From a virus: a stretch of 36,673 nucleotides of DNA. Below are positions 35,055-36,673 of this stretch, one piece after another. Position 1 is the stretch's first letter; every line of letters begins with the position of its first letter. The notes under the pieces were generated by a model. It worked only from the letters and a program-made list of their open reading frames with translations, did not search any database and was not told where the DNA came from. The position numbers and the translations under genes are program-made. The DNA lies in the UHGV virus genome UHGV-0026823. The stretch is one strand, 5' to 3'.

Positions 35055-35189
35055 TTAAAAATTAAATATTAATCTAATAATTGCAAATATAAAACATCCG
35101 TAAATTATATAAGGTATAATTTTATCAATAGTCGATGGTTGTTTAATTGGTTCATTTATAAACTCATTAAATGATAATTCTTTTAGCAT
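35055..35189 (-). CDS. Membrane mini-protein with a C-terminal transmembrane helix, 44 aa (MLKELSFNEFINEPIKQPSTIDKIIPYIIYGCFIFAIIRLIFNF).
   Basis: It fills the gap exactly. Its start overlaps the stop of the upstream gene (ATGCTAA), and its stop is followed by the next start (TAATATG). Confidence 0.4.
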   Translation of the reverse strand: MLKELSFNEFINEPIKQPSTIDKIIPYIIYGCFIFAIIRLIFNF

Positions 35190-35503
35190 AACATAATTCC
35201 TGGGTCTGTTACTTCAACTAATATTGATTCTTGATTTAAAGTAGATTTTAAAATATCACAATTATTTCGAATTAATTTACGTAACTCTTTTTCTTCACAT
35301 TCATCAATAAAAGTTGTTACAATTAAGCTTAGTTCTTCTATTGTTTTATTGTTTCTATTTGTAAATCTGCCAATAGCTTCAACTAAAGTGTAGTCCTTGA
35401 ATATTTCATCAAATAATTTAATGAAATTTCGTTTACATAGCTCAGGCTTTAATGTGTCTTTGTCATTTGTTCCAATATAATAAATCACTTTAATCATAAT
35501 CAA
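35183..35503 (-). CDS. Hypothetical early protein, 106 aa.
   Basis: ORF only. Confidence 0.4.
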   Translation of the reverse strand: MIMIKVIYYIGTNDKDTLKPELCKRNFIKLFDEIFKDYTLVEAIGRFTNRNNKTIEELSLIVTTFIDECEEKELRKLIRNNCDILKSTLNQESILVEVTDPGIMLC

Positions 35504-35518
35504 TCATCCTTTTTTCAA

Positions 35519-35743
35519 TTAAATAACGTCAAAATATGTATTATTGTTTACGTCAAATTTGTGATAATAATCAATAAGGTTATAATAAGTTTTGTCAGTT
35601 AATATAAATGGTAATGACACATCATAAGTTGTTAAAGTATTAAAAGATATGCAATCGCCTGAATTTAAATTCAATCCTAAATCATGGTTAATTTCATTTA
35701 ATTGATTTTTTGTAATTGTAATTCTCATAATTTTACCTTTCAT
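35519..35743 (-). CDS. Hypothetical early protein, 74 aa.
   Basis: ORF only. Confidence 0.4.
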   Translation of the reverse strand: MKGKIMRITITKNQLNEINHDLGLNLNSGDCISFNTLTTYDVSLPFILTDKTYYNLIDYYHKFDVNNNTYFDVI

Positions 35744-35766
35744 TATTTTTAATTAATCCTTTCATT

Positions 35767-35952
35767 TTATATTAAATCAAAATTTTTATAAATATCAAGT
35801 ACCATTTCAAAATCATAATCATAATATCTAAAATCAACTGAATATTTTTCTTGTTTTGATGAGTAATCAAATATCTCAATTACAACATTATCATCATTTG
35901 TTAAACAAATAACAATTGTTCTGTTTTCTTCATAAAATACTTTTGATTTCAT
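35767..35952 (-). CDS. Hypothetical early protein, 61 aa.
   Basis: ORF only. Confidence 0.4.
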   Translation of the reverse strand: MKSKVFYEENRTIVICLTNDDNVVIEIFDYSSKQEKYSVDFRYYDYDFEMVLDIYKNFDLI

Positions 35953-35983
35953 AATCTAATCAATCCTTTCTAATTAGCTTTTA

Positions 35984-36145
35984 TTATTTTTCAATATTTA
36001 CTTTTAATTTATCAGATATATCTGATATTAATTTAAGAAATTCATCATCAATGTCATCATTATAACCATTATAATAAATTAGGTCACGGAGTTCTAATAA
36101 ACGATAAATTTTTTGTTCCATTGAATTTAGTTCATTAAATTTCAT
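35984..36145 (-). CDS. First early gene, 53 aa (MKFNELNSMEQKIYRLLELRDLIYYNGYNDDIDDEFLKLISDISDKLKVNIEK).
   Basis: A strong AAGGAG SD lies 8 nt upstream. It is about 40 nt downstream of the promoter at 36188-36204. Confidence 0.45.
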   Translation of the reverse strand: MKFNELNSMEQKIYRLLELRDLIYYNGYNDDIDDEFLKLISDISDKLKVNIEK

Positions 36146-36187
36146 AATCAATTCTCCTTAGTTTTTAATTAATTAATTAATCCTTAT

Positions 36188-36204
36188 ATTATTATTATAC
36201 CATG
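36188..36204 (-). promoter_or_regulatory. Leftmost early promoter of the gene array (minus strand CATGGTATAATAATAAT, TGnTATAAT).
   Basis: Extended -10 on the coding strand, about 45 nt upstream of the first early ATG. Confidence 0.45.
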
Positions 36205-36313
36205 TTTAAAATATTTTTAAATCTTTTTAATCTAATTATTTACAAAAGTTTACAAAGTATTAAATATTAATTTATGTAACAATTTGGCTTGTTTGGGGTT
36301 TCAAATGATATGT

Positions 36314-36334
36314 TTTGTGGTATAATATTTATAT
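36314..36334 (+). promoter_or_regulatory. Plus-strand copy of the conserved extended -10 element (TTTGTGGTATAATATTTATAT). It points away from the genes toward the genome end.
   Basis: A perfect TGnTATAAT on the plus strand. It is divergent from the minus-strand promoter at 36188-36204. Confidence 0.4.
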
Positions 36335-36429
36335 ACGCGTAAATTCAATTTCGACGCGACGCACGATGTGACTCATCGAAGCTTGAATTATTTTCGAACA
36401 TTGACAATTTTCTTTTCTTTCTTTTTGAG

Positions 36430-36673
36430 CGGAATCTTTTTCTTTCTTTTCTTTTATATATTTAATTATTAATGTATACAAATTATATATTTAATATATA
36501 ATGTATATAAATTTATTATATATATTTTTATATACAGTTTTTTTTAAATAATTATATATCTACTATAGAACAAATATATATCTATTATATTTTAAATCTA
36601 TAATGATAATATATATCTATTATATAATCTATAAATATATTATCTAATCTAAGATATTAAATCTATTATGTAT
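36430..36673. repeat. AT-rich non-coding end region. ATATATCTA repeats lie at 36554-36562, 36576-36584 and 36611-36619, with TATATA runs between them. It is related to the left-end repeats.
   Basis: Direct reading. The 14-mer AAATATATATCTAT occurs at 36573-36586 and at 87-100. Confidence 0.55.

Noticed and set aside
35113-35120. Plus-strand AGGTATAAT, which resembles the conserved promoter -10.
   Set aside because: It lacks the TG at -15/-14 and the conserved ATWWATAT tail, and lies inside a minus-strand coding region. It is probably chance in AT-rich DNA.
372-36145. Search for a phage RNA polymerase, integrase, tRNA genes or a CRISPR array.
   Set aside because: No ORF of RNAP size (over 800 aa) is present and no ORF has RNAP motifs. 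No tyrosine or serine recombinase signatures were seen. No cloverleaf-like GC-rich 75-nt islands were noticed in the intergenic DNA, although a tRNAscan run would be needed to be sure. No regularly spaced direct repeats with unique spacers were found.

Overview
The window looks like a near-complete, reverse-oriented genome of an AT-rich dsDNA podovirus-like phage. Every convincing gene is on the minus strand and the genes are tightly packed, many with overlapping stop and start codons. The coding block runs from about 372 to 36145. It is bounded by about 370 bp (left) and about 530 bp (right) of non-coding DNA full of short AT-rich repeats.

In transcription order (right to left) the genome contains:
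- about 20 small early genes, including a secreted HExxH zinc metalloprotease and several Cys-rich mini-proteins;
- a T7-lysozyme-like amidase, a putative SSB, a MazG-like NTP pyrophosphatase abutting a thymidylate-synthase-family enzyme, a very acidic low-complexity protein, and a T7 gp3-like endonuclease I;
- four large beta-rich structural genes (tail or host recognition);
- a 5'-3' exonuclease, an AEP-type primase, a DnaB-like helicase, a family-A T7-like DNA polymerase and an HAD phosphatase;
- terminase large subunit, portal, a T7 gp10-like major capsid protein and three large virion proteins.

No phage RNA polymerase, integrase, tRNA or CRISPR array was seen. A conserved extended -10 element (TGGTATAAT followed by ATWWATAT) recurs at least five times and looks like the host-sigma70 promoter set.

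The most interesting content is a putative DNA-cytosine modification module. The ThyA-family enzyme carries Asp at the position equivalent to E. coli ThyA Asn177, which is the dCMP-hydroxymethylase signature. It is directly coupled to a MazG-like (dCTPase-like) gene, and an HAD nucleotidase lies elsewhere. A promoter-to-terminator unit of about 140 nt with no ORF is a candidate small RNA. The repeat-rich ends also carry a divergent promoter pair.

All functional calls come from motif-level reading of the translated ORFs. No database search was possible.
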